Positions 28,359 to 36,855 of a stretch of 64,000 nucleotides of DNA are shown piece by piece. Under the pieces are notes generated by a model. That model saw only the letters and a list, made by a program, of their open reading frames with translations. It ran no database searches and had not been told where the DNA came from. The stretch spans positions 2,720,001 through 2,784,000 of the forward strand of contig CP084166.1 in NCBI GenBank assembly GCA_021513695.1, given 5' to 3'. Position numbers and translations under genes: made by a program. Every line of letters begins with the position of its first letter. Position 1 is the first letter of the stretch. The DNA is from Candidatus Heimdallarchaeum aukensis (GTDB lineage: Archaea; Asgardarchaeota; Heimdallarchaeia; Heimdallarchaeales; Heimdallarchaeaceae).

Positions 28359-29564
28359 ATGTCAACACCATCTATTATAGAAAAATTACAAGCAAAAAAA
28401 GGAAAAGATGCAAGAATTAAAACTAAAGAACTCGAGGAAGATGTTGTTCTCGAAGTTGAAAATTTAGCTAAATACTTTAAAATCCCTAATCCTATGGATA
28501 CAACTTGGTTCTTAGTTGCTTTTGTAGCCTCATTAGTAATATTCGCATTTTTCAAAATTATTGGACTTATTCTTATAGGATTGATTATTCTAGCTTATTT
28601 CATTATACCTTATATTCCACCATTCAATAAAAGACCAAAATTTGTTTATCTGAAAGCAGTTGATGGTCTAAACCTTAAAATTAGAAAACAAAAAATTGTA
28701 GGTCTTGTAGGAGAAAGTGGATGTGGAAAGAGTACAGCAGCTAGAACTATTTTACGTCTTCTCGAACCAACCAAAGGTTCTGTTTATTTCAGGGGTATAG
28801 ACATCAACAGATTAACTTCTGATGAATTAAAAGAAATGAGAAGATATATGCAGATAGTGTTTCAAGATCCTTATGCCAGTCTTAACCCAAGAGCAACAGC
28901 TTTTGATATTATATCTGAACCATATATCATTCATGGAGTAGCTTCTGGAGACGAAATAAGTATTAATGTTCTCAGATTGTTAAAGGAAGTAGGATTAGCT
29001 CCTCACCACGCTTACAGATATCCTCATGAGTTCTCTGGTGGTCAAAGACAAAGAATAGGAATTGCTCGTGCTTTAGCTTTAGAGCCTGATTTCATCATCA
29101 TGGACGAACCTGTAAGTAACTTAGACGTTTCTGTAAGAGCAGCAATTATTCAACTAATTCTAAAATTACAACAAAAAATGGGTTTGACTTATCTATTTAT
29201 TGCTCATGATCTTGCACTAGTTCGTATCCTCTGTGATGAAGTAAATGTTATGTATCTCGGAAAACTAATGGAAGCTGGAACAAGCGATGAAATCTTCGAG
29301 GATATGAAGCATCCTTATACAAAAGCTTTAGTTTCTGCAGTTCCAATAGCTGACCCAACAAAAAGATCTAAGAAAATATTCTTACAAGGAGATATTCCTA
29401 CACCAATTAATCCTCCACCAGGTTGCCGTTTCCAAACTCGATGTCCTCTTGTGAGTGACATCTGTCGAGCTGAAGATCCTAAACCTAAATATTTCAGTAA
29501 AACACATGTTGTATATTGCCACAATGTTGAGGGTGGAGAAGATTCTCCAAACGCTTTTGAATAA
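28359..29564 (+). CDS. dppF: ABC peptide transporter ATP-binding protein DppF/OppF type with ~55-aa hydrophobic insertion
   Basis: Walker A GESGCGKST, FSGGQRQR and IIMDEPVSNLD. Residues ~44-97 (TTWFLVAFVASLVIFAFFKIIGLILIGLIILAYFIIPYIPPF) are inserted between the first beta-strand and the P-loop. Confidence 0.85.
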   Translation: MSTPSIIEKLQAKKGKDARIKTKELEEDVVLEVENLAKYFKIPNPMDTTWFLVAFVASLVIFAFFKIIGLILIGLIILAYFIIPYIPPFNKRPKFVYLKAVDGLNLKIRKQKIVGLVGESGCGKSTAARTILRLLEPTKGSVYFRGIDINRLTSDELKEMRRYMQIVFQDPYASLNPRATAFDIISEPYIIHGVASGDEISINVLRLLKEVGLAPHHAYRYPHEFSGGQRQRIGIARALALEPDFIIMDEPVSNLDVSVRAAIIQLILKLQQKMGLTYLFIAHDLALVRILCDEVNVMYLGKLMEAGTSDEIFEDMKHPYTKALVSAVPIADPTKRSKKIFLQGDIPTPINPPPGCRFQTRCPLVSDICRAEDPKPKYFSKTHVVYCHNVEGGEDSPNAFE

Positions 29565-29653
29565 AACTTTCTTTTTTCCTTTTCAACCTTTTTTAAATAT
29601 AGCATAATTCTTATATTACTTATTATTATATTTCAATTGTTAAAATAAAATGC

Positions 29654-30421
29654 TTGGTGACCAAGTCAATGAGTAAGGTAAATGTACAAACAGCTCTAAA
29701 TAATATTGAAAGAATAAAGTCAGAATTAGAAGAATTAACTCAATTAGTTGTTGGGTTGAAAGAAGATCTTAATTATTCTGTAGAAAATAGTAAAAATTCA
29801 TTGTCAAGTATACTAAAAAAAATAGAAGAGAAAAGTGAAAATATAACCAATCTTGAAAATTCTAGAAAAGAATTACAACGTCAAATTAGCGAAAAAACTG
29901 GTGAATTAAACGAAAAGACATCAAAGAAGGATATTTTGGCCTCTGAAATACAAAGTAAAAGGCAAGACTTAGAAAAGCTTAATTCTGTCATTCTCACAGA
30001 AGAAAAGAATAAAACAGAACTGCAAACCGAAACAGTTGGAAAAGAGGAGAAGTTACAATCACTTAACAGAAAAATAGAAGAGAATCAAGTCTTAATTGAA
30101 GCAACAAAAGAAGAAACAGAGAAAGAAATTTTAGCCAAGAATCAAGAACTTATGAAATTAAGTGATGAAAAAGATAAAATTATTTCAAGAGCTAAAGCGC
30201 TAAAATATCTCCTGAAGAAAAACATTATCAGCTTACCAGAGATCAATGTAATCAGAAGTCTAAATGTACCAGGAGTAGATACTGAAGAAAACATTAGAAA
30301 AACTTCTGGCGTTTCTGACCAGATTGTAAGGAAAATTTTGATGGATCTGGATGAGAGAGGAATTATAACCTATGAAACATTATCGGGGAAGGTGCAAAAA
30401 CTAACTAGAATAGATATTTAG
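29654..30421 (+). CDS. coiled-coil protein with C-terminal winged-helix-like domain (paralogue A)
   Basis: About 180 aa of heptad-rich E/K/L/Q sequence, then LPEINVIRSLNVPGVDTEENIRKTSGVSDQIVRKILMDLDERGIITYE, which looks like a wHTH. No enzymatic motifs. Confidence 0.5.
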   Translation: MVTKSMSKVNVQTALNNIERIKSELEELTQLVVGLKEDLNYSVENSKNSLSSILKKIEEKSENITNLENSRKELQRQISEKTGELNEKTSKKDILASEIQSKRQDLEKLNSVILTEEKNKTELQTETVGKEEKLQSLNRKIEENQVLIEATKEETEKEILAKNQELMKLSDEKDKIISRAKALKYLLKKNIISLPEINVIRSLNVPGVDTEENIRKTSGVSDQIVRKILMDLDERGIITYETLSGKVQKLTRIDI

Positions 30422-30432
30422 GAGGAATAAGA

Positions 30433-31197
30433 ATGCAAGAAGTTGAACAACTTAGGTCTCATTTAGACAGAATTAGAGAATCAATAGACAACTTGAGCAA
30501 TAAGCTCAATAATAAAATCAATACAATTCGTTCTATTTCTTCTTCTACTGATGAAGAAATAAATGTAATTCCTGGATTCTTCGAAGAACTAGAAAAAAAA
30601 GAAAATGAACTAAATGAAGAAATCAAAAAACTAAAAGAAGACCTTCAAAATTTAGTAGATAATATACAAAAAACTGAAGAAGAAATCTCTCTCAATGAGG
30701 TTGAACTACAGAAGTTAAAAGAAAAAGAAAATGAAAAAAGAGAAGAGAAAGATAAGATTATTTCTGAAATAGCTGAGTTGAAAAACAAGAATATTCTTTT
30801 AGATACTCAAATAGAGGAAAAAACAAAAGAACTTGAAACATTAACAGAACAATATTCACAAGTACAAATTAATTCAAAACAACAGATAGAAGAACTAACA
30901 GCAAAAATTAGCGCACTTGAAGAGGAACTAAAGAAAGCGAAAGAAGATAATAAACTTATAGTTTACTTGATGGACGCAGGATTGATGGATGTTCCTGAAG
31001 CTGAAATAATCTCGGTAATTGCAGCAAGTACTGATGGATTAACATTAAACGAAATAAAGGAAAAAGTTTCTATCCCTAGCGTAAGAGTACAACCTACACT
31101 AAATAATTTACTTGAAAAAGTCTTAACTTATGATGCAAGAAGAGAGAAATACCAGATTAGTTCAATAGTACAAGAAGAAATGAACAATAGATCCTAA
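30433..31197 (+). CDS. coiled-coil protein with C-terminal winged-helix-like domain (paralogue B)
   Basis: Same architecture as the upstream gene, 11 nt downstream and preceded by GGAGGA. C-terminal DGLTLNEIKEKVSIPSVRVQPTLNNLLEKVLTY. Confidence 0.5.
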   Translation: MQEVEQLRSHLDRIRESIDNLSNKLNNKINTIRSISSSTDEEINVIPGFFEELEKKENELNEEIKKLKEDLQNLVDNIQKTEEEISLNEVELQKLKEKENEKREEKDKIISEIAELKNKNILLDTQIEEKTKELETLTEQYSQVQINSKQQIEELTAKISALEEELKKAKEDNKLIVYLMDAGLMDVPEAEIISVIAASTDGLTLNEIKEKVSIPSVRVQPTLNNLLEKVLTYDARREKYQISSIVQEEMNNRS

Positions 31198-31222
31198 AAT
31201 TCTATTGTTCATTAAACTTTAT

Positions 31223-32182
31223 TCATTTTTTCTTAGATTCAAAATTCTTCTTTATTTCATAATAATCTTTATTGTTAAAAGGACAGACCTTTAAACATAT
31301 GCTACATCCGTATTCATTAGTAAAATGTGGCATACATTTTTCCTGTATAATATGAGTTATTCTTCCTGAGCTGTGAATAATTGGTTCATCTAGAATTGCT
31401 TTACCTGGGCAAGAACGAATACATTTTCTACATTTTTTACAATAATCCTCTATCCAAGAGTGCTTATTCTCTTTCGCAAAAGGTAAATTTTCAATATTTG
31501 TATATATTGCTGATATTCTAAATCTAGGACCAAACTCAGGAGAAATCATTAATCCGGAGTAACCGATCCAAGCTAATCCCGCAGCTTGTGCTAAAGGTGG
31601 ATATAGAGAAATCCCTCCTAAAGGGTGTCCTGCATGAGCTGAAAAGCCTAGCTTTCTTAAATATTTAGTTAATTTGTTTGTTAAGATGCCAAGTTTGTTA
31701 TAAGTGTGCATTACTTCTTTAATTGCTTTAAAGCTGGGGGATGTATCCATTTTTTCTTTATTCATTTCCATTCCTAAAACAATAGCATTTTTGTACAAAA
31801 CGCATTTTTCCTTGAAAATGTTTTGTGGTTCTACTTTTGCATAACCAATGAGGTCAATACCTATCTGTTTTGCATAATTTTCAACATCTTTTAATTCTGC
31901 TTTTGTAATTCTTTTCTTAGGATTAGAAGGGTTCTTCTTTAATGTATCAATTGCCTTGTGTAAATTAATTACATTAGAAATTACTATTGGAGATAAACGA
32001 ACTAATCCTCTAAGTCCTTCAGGTCTATATTTAGCACTTTCTTTAGGTATAAAGAATCTTTCAATGGAATCTTCATTGTAACTGACACTAGTTTCATATC
32101 TACAAACATTGTTCTCTTTCTTAAAAAGAGGATTCATAGCTCTATCTAAAAAAAATCCTTGAATTTTACCAATGATTTTCAT
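31223..32182 (-). CDS. QueG-family (epoxyqueuosine-reductase-like) Fe-S protein
   Basis: AAGLAWIGYSGLMISPEFGPRF matches the QueG GLGWIGKN..L(I/L)TPEFGSW signature. Two 4Fe-4S motifs follow: CKKCRKCIRSCP and CSICLKVCPFN. Confidence 0.6.
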   Translation of the reverse strand: MKIIGKIQGFFLDRAMNPLFKKENNVCRYETSVSYNEDSIERFFIPKESAKYRPEGLRGLVRLSPIVISNVINLHKAIDTLKKNPSNPKKRITKAELKDVENYAKQIGIDLIGYAKVEPQNIFKEKCVLYKNAIVLGMEMNKEKMDTSPSFKAIKEVMHTYNKLGILTNKLTKYLRKLGFSAHAGHPLGGISLYPPLAQAAGLAWIGYSGLMISPEFGPRFRISAIYTNIENLPFAKENKHSWIEDYCKKCRKCIRSCPGKAILDEPIIHSSGRITHIIQEKCMPHFTNEYGCSICLKVCPFNNKDYYEIKKNFESKKK

Positions 32183-32375
32183 TTTTACATTACTCGTTTT
32201 TTGTTTATTTTCAACATAAATAATTCATTAAATTCTTAAAAATTTTTGAGGTAAACGGCTATTTTCTTTTTAAAATCTTAAATTTTGTTTTAACTTTATT
32301 CTAATTTTGAAATGAATTAGATTTAAATGCTAGATATTAATAATCACTTACTCCTTGAAATTTAAATAGTTGAAA

Positions 32376-33038
32376 TTAAACTAATGAGGTATTTATTAAA
32401 TAAGTAGAGAAAATAGCATTCATTAATTCATTTCTTTCTCTGATTAACTCAGTGATGATTTCTCCAAATCTTTCGTCTCTTATTTCTTCTCTAACTTCAT
32501 TCAACAGTATTTCGTTAAGTCCTTTGTTTAAACATAAAGTTATTTTATTGCATTTATACAAGATTGCTAGTAATAGTTTGGTGTGCATGGTTGCTTTTTT
32601 CGAATTAATTATAGTCTCTTGTAATTGATGCATTAGTTCAATTTTTACGCGTTCTTCTGTACAGAAAATTTTTCTTCTTTTAAAAAATAGAAACCTTTTT
32701 TCAGATTTAGTTAGTATTCCGCTCTTAATCATAACTTCAATAAAAGATTCAAGTATTTGATTTGATTTTATGCCTAATGATCTTATCCAAAACCTAATAT
32801 CGCTTTCATGTTCATTTTGCATTTCTTCAATAATATTCTTAAAAATAGGTTGTGTAGTTTCTGATGAAATAATCTCTATCTTATTATCATCTCTAATTTT
32901 TATTAAGTTTAACATCTCTAAATCGATAATTATAGATGAAGGTAAACCATAAAAAATAAGGTCACTACTACTTTTTTCTATCCTTCCTCTCCTTTGATCA
33001 ATTAACAAGATTATTAACTTCTCTGTTAGTAATAACAT
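32376..33038 (-). CDS. GPP34 (GOLPH3/Vps74-like) family protein
   Basis: The N-terminal LLLTEKLIILLIDQRRGRI...YGLPSSIIIDLEMLNLIKIRDD follows the GPP34 pattern (LxEELLLLALDDxxGK...LAGAxLAELxLxGRI). The FWIRSLG...SGILTKSEKRFLFFKRRKI and LLLAILYKCNKI blocks are also in family order. Confidence 0.45.
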   Translation of the reverse strand: MLLLTEKLIILLIDQRRGRIEKSSSDLIFYGLPSSIIIDLEMLNLIKIRDDNKIEIISSETTQPIFKNIIEEMQNEHESDIRFWIRSLGIKSNQILESFIEVMIKSGILTKSEKRFLFFKRRKIFCTEERVKIELMHQLQETIINSKKATMHTKLLLAILYKCNKITLCLNKGLNEILLNEVREEIRDERFGEIITELIRERNELMNAIFSTYLINTSLV

Positions 33039-33730
33039 TCAAATTAAAATTAACTATTTCACCCTAATATATTTTGCTTTCTAGTAAATAAAATAATCGT
33101 AAAATTCAAGATTCATTAAAGCATCAACTAGATTTTTGTACGCTAATCTTGCTTATGAAGTAAAGGAGAGAAGTCCTGTACTACCCATCATTTTTTTTAT
33201 AGTTAGATTGCCAGTCCAGTTCTTGTTTTTGGCTAGTTTTATACGATTTCTAACTTGAACTATTTTGATGTATTCTAGAAAAAAAAGGAAAAAGGTAATT
33301 ATACTTTTGAACTATCTTTTGAGTAATAGTAAATATGAAATGAAACCAACAGCAATTGTTCCAATTACCAGGGCAACAATTCTTGTAGTCATGAAGAATA
33401 GAGCAGTAGCAAGAATTTTCCTATATGTTGTCTTAAGGTTACCTTATTGTATGGGGCACAATCTAATAACATAGTATGTTCTTAACTTTTTTACTAAGTT
33501 TTAGTCCTTTTATAGAAATATGTATTTTTAGCCATTAAAATCAGATCTCTAAATTAAAGCCTATTTTATACAACAATAATACTAAATAATCTAATTGTTT
33601 GCTATTTTTTGTTAAGCCATACAAAAAACCAATCTGTTGTTACAAGGATAGACGCTGTGATTCTTTAGAAGGAGAATATTTTTTTCTATTAAAATGGCTA
33701 AACTTTTTATGAACTGGAAGCTTAGTCAAG

Positions 33731-34762
33731 TTGCTAAGTCTCTTGAATGAAATGAAAAACGAAAGAAAGGTAAAGAAAATGGTTGAATTTTTAAAAGTGA
33801 AAGAAGGTAAAAAGGATAATGTTGATTGGGCTTCATTTCAATCCTCAAAGCGTGAGATAATGAATCTTTATTTTGAAAAGAAGTATGAGGAAGGTTTGAA
33901 GAAGTCCCAACAACTAATAGAAAAATTTCCAGAGTTTCCTGAAACTACATATTTCTACACTGCTTGTTTTTATGGATTATTAAATAAAAGAGAAGAAGCA
34001 CTAAATTCTCTTAAAATGGGTATGGAAAAAGGGGCTTGGTGGACTTCTCAATTTTTAAATTCAGAAACAGATTTGGATCTCTTAAAGGACGACCCTAGAT
34101 TTATTGAACTAGGAAAGAGAGGAGATCAAATATTAAGAGAAGAAGAGACATCACCTGAATTATTAATAAGTTACTCTGATAATTACAACTTAAACGAAGA
34201 GTACATTGTTTTATTAATTTTGCATTGGTTTAGTGGCAATAATCTTGAAACACGTTTCTTTTGGGACACTTTACTTAAACTAAGAAATGACTTAATACTT
34301 TGTTTCTTACAATCCTCTCAAATTTGCGGAAAAAATCGTTATTGTTGGGATAATTGGGCTATGACCAGAAAAGAAGTGCTGAAAGCATACAACTACTTGA
34401 AAACAAATCTTAGAATCAAAGAGACAATTTTAGCAGGAGTATCACAAGGTGCAACAGTTGCATTTAGAATGACATTCAATAATTTTATTCGAGCCGACAG
34501 ATTAATTTTAGTTATACCTTCAATTAAGTCGAAAGAGCAGATTAGCGAAATAATAGAAAATGTAGAACAAGATGTACAGGAGATATCTACACTTATTTTT
34601 GCTGGACAGAAAGATACATTTTATCAAGGAGCTCTTCAACTAGATCAGTATATAAAAGAAAAAAGACTAAAGAGCAAAATTTACTCCTACTCTAATTTAG
34701 GTCATTCAATACCCGAGGATACTATAGAAAAAGTAAATGAATTTATTGAAAAAAATAATTAG
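33731..34762 (+). CDS. alpha/beta-hydrolase-fold esterase with N-terminal helical (TPR-like) region
   Basis: GVSQGA (GxSxG nucleophile elbow) after a beta-strand and a C-terminal LGHSIPED candidate catalytic His. The N-terminal ~150 aa are helical. Confidence 0.5.
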   Translation: MLSLLNEMKNERKVKKMVEFLKVKEGKKDNVDWASFQSSKREIMNLYFEKKYEEGLKKSQQLIEKFPEFPETTYFYTACFYGLLNKREEALNSLKMGMEKGAWWTSQFLNSETDLDLLKDDPRFIELGKRGDQILREEETSPELLISYSDNYNLNEEYIVLLILHWFSGNNLETRFFWDTLLKLRNDLILCFLQSSQICGKNRYCWDNWAMTRKEVLKAYNYLKTNLRIKETILAGVSQGATVAFRMTFNNFIRADRLILVIPSIKSKEQISEIIENVEQDVQEISTLIFAGQKDTFYQGALQLDQYIKEKRLKSKIYSYSNLGHSIPEDTIEKVNEFIEKNN

Positions 34763-34873
34763 TTAAATGTGTTTAGTTCCTCTAATCTCTTCGAGAGATA
34801 AGAAGTAATTGGTTCAGTCAAGCTTGTTATGGCAAAATTATTTAATGTCTTATGTTAGACGACTTGAAGTCAA

Positions 34874-35464
34874 ATGATTGTTAATGAATATGTTGTGATG
34901 AATTTTTTCCTCGAACAGATGTCTCAAGATAAAATTGCTTTTTTAGCAGATAGTCCAGAGAAAAAAGAAAAAATTCGTGAAAAAATAACTTATTTGACCA
35001 AGTGTAATAATCTTCACGATCAAATATTAGCAGCAAAAAGCCTATGGAAAATGCTCTTTGAGAGTGCAATGAGTTTTATTGATGAAAATAAAAGAGGTTA
35101 TGATGACCTTTTCTCTTACTTTGATGCTTTTGTTAATTTTGAAGAGTTGATTTTTGCTTCAGATTCGTTTTATAGAGATCATACTTTACATAGTCTTTGG
35201 GTTTATTTTCTTGGTGAATATCTATTTAGAGCACAGGAATTTCAACCTCTTTGGACGAATTTTAACTATCCATTCCGTGTTTTACTAAAAGCTCAAAAGA
35301 TTCTTGAACATTTAGATTGTCCTGAGGTTTTTGACACTTATTCAAAAACTCTTGATGCTATCATTCCTTTTATTAATTTTGAAGATTCTATCCGCTGTAT
35401 TGCTCCTCTAACGCATCATTTAAATTCTTTAGTGAAATTATTACTGATATTCCTTTTTTTTTGA
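34874..35464 (+). CDS. hypothetical protein
   Basis: ATG-initiated ORF with non-repetitive composition and no recognisable motifs. Confidence 0.4.
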   Translation: MIVNEYVVMNFFLEQMSQDKIAFLADSPEKKEKIREKITYLTKCNNLHDQILAAKSLWKMLFESAMSFIDENKRGYDDLFSYFDAFVNFEELIFASDSFYRDHTLHSLWVYFLGEYLFRAQEFQPLWTNFNYPFRVLLKAQKILEHLDCPEVFDTYSKTLDAIIPFINFEDSIRCIAPLTHHLNSLVKLLLIFLFF

Positions 35465-35625
35465 ATATTTAGTTTCAATATCTTCAATTTGAAAGATTTT
35501 TTCTATTTTTTCTTTTTATATACTCTTTTTTTGATATTTTTTGAATTATTTGTAAAATCTGCCTATCTCTTCACTGTAACCTTTTAGAGATATTGTTAAC
35601 CCTTCATATCGGAATATTTAAATTT

Positions 35626-36603
35626 ATGAATGTATTTTTTCCCCCCATGTCGGATAAAACTCTATTTAAAAAACAATTATTGTTTAAGTATTTACCTGTA
35701 ACAATTTTACTTATTGTTATTGGTATAATCGAACTTCTTTCTATTCTTTTAAATTTTAACCGCCCACAAGATGCTCCTGAGCTGACATGGTTTTTAATTA
35801 TTATTTTGTTAATCGTAGGTATTACAGCAGGTTTTCTAGGCGGTATTATTGGTACTGGTGGTTGCAGTGTTATGCTTCCAATATTACACTTTTGGTTGGG
35901 TTTCCCTGCTCCACTTGCAGTTGGTACAACATTATTTGCTGTTATTTTTACTGCCATATCTGGTGGGTATGGACACTTAATCCGAAAAAATGTAGATAAA
36001 AGAGCATCCATTATCTTAGGATTATCGGGTATTGCTGGTGTCGCTCTTGGTTCTTGGTTATTTACTATGCTGACTGGAGAAAACACAGTAAGATATTTGA
36101 GTTTGATTCTTGGTATTGTTTTTATATGGCCCGCAATTAGGATGACTTGGGAAGGAATAAGGGGCAAGATAATAGATAAAAAAGGTTCTACGGAAATAAA
36201 AACAGAGACTAAAGAGCAGGTAATTAAAGGATCAGTTAAATGGTTAAGTGTATTTGGTTTTATTATTGGAATAACTACTGGCTTAATTGGTCTTGGAGGT
36301 GGTTATGCTCTTGTTCCTGGACTTATATATCTGTTTGGAGCACCTGTTTATATAACAATGGGTACTTCTTTGGCTATTATGATACCTTTAGCTTTAACTG
36401 GTGGGTTGATTAAATTATTCCAAGGATATGTTGTTCTTGACGCCGCTCTGCTTCTTGCAGCAGGAACAATTATTGGTGCTCAAATAGGTTCTGCTGTGAT
36501 TAAAAAATTCAGACCTTATTACTTGAAGCTCATATTTGGTCTGTATTTTGTTTACGTTTCATTAAAGTTCATATTCTGCTTTTTTGGTTTGAGAATATGG
36601 TAA
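35626..36603 (+). CDS. TauE/SafE (DUF81) family sulfite/sulfo-compound exporter
   Basis: Two 4-TM halves, each with G-rich motifs (GFLGGIIGTGGCSVMLPIL and LIGLGGGYALVPGLIYLF). The track start is TTG 35593; candidate ATG starts are 35626 or 35647. Confidence 0.7.
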   Translation: MNVFFPPMSDKTLFKKQLLFKYLPVTILLIVIGIIELLSILLNFNRPQDAPELTWFLIIILLIVGITAGFLGGIIGTGGCSVMLPILHFWLGFPAPLAVGTTLFAVIFTAISGGYGHLIRKNVDKRASIILGLSGIAGVALGSWLFTMLTGENTVRYLSLILGIVFIWPAIRMTWEGIRGKIIDKKGSTEIKTETKEQVIKGSVKWLSVFGFIIGITTGLIGLGGGYALVPGLIYLFGAPVYITMGTSLAIMIPLALTGGLIKLFQGYVVLDAALLLAAGTIIGAQIGSAVIKKFRPYYLKLIFGLYFVYVSLKFIFCFFGLRIW

Positions 36604-36855
36604 AAATTAATCAAAATTTAAATATTCTTTTTTTTCTTTTCATTAATAATAATTAAAATGATTAACAGTGTATTTTTGAGTTGAAAAATTACTAAATATC
36701 TGATTATTTAACGTTTTTAACGATTATACATTTTTAGGTACGCTGCAGGTTCTTTTTCTCATTATCAATTAGAATCTCAAAATTTTTTTGTAATTATTAA
36801 GTTGATGAAATAGTTTAATAGAAAAAGGATTCGAATATACTATAAAAATTGATTT

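Noticed and set aside
27907-28555. Minus-strand ORFs of 91 and 106 aa across dppD/dppF
   Set aside because: They are antisense to ABC ATPase genes with intact Walker/signature motifs.
35604-36167. 187-aa minus-strand ORF and 70-aa plus-strand ORF overlapping the TauE/SafE gene
   Set aside because: They are antisense or out-of-frame to a gene with clear duplicated TauE motifs. Their G/P-rich composition comes from the complement of Gly-rich TM codons.
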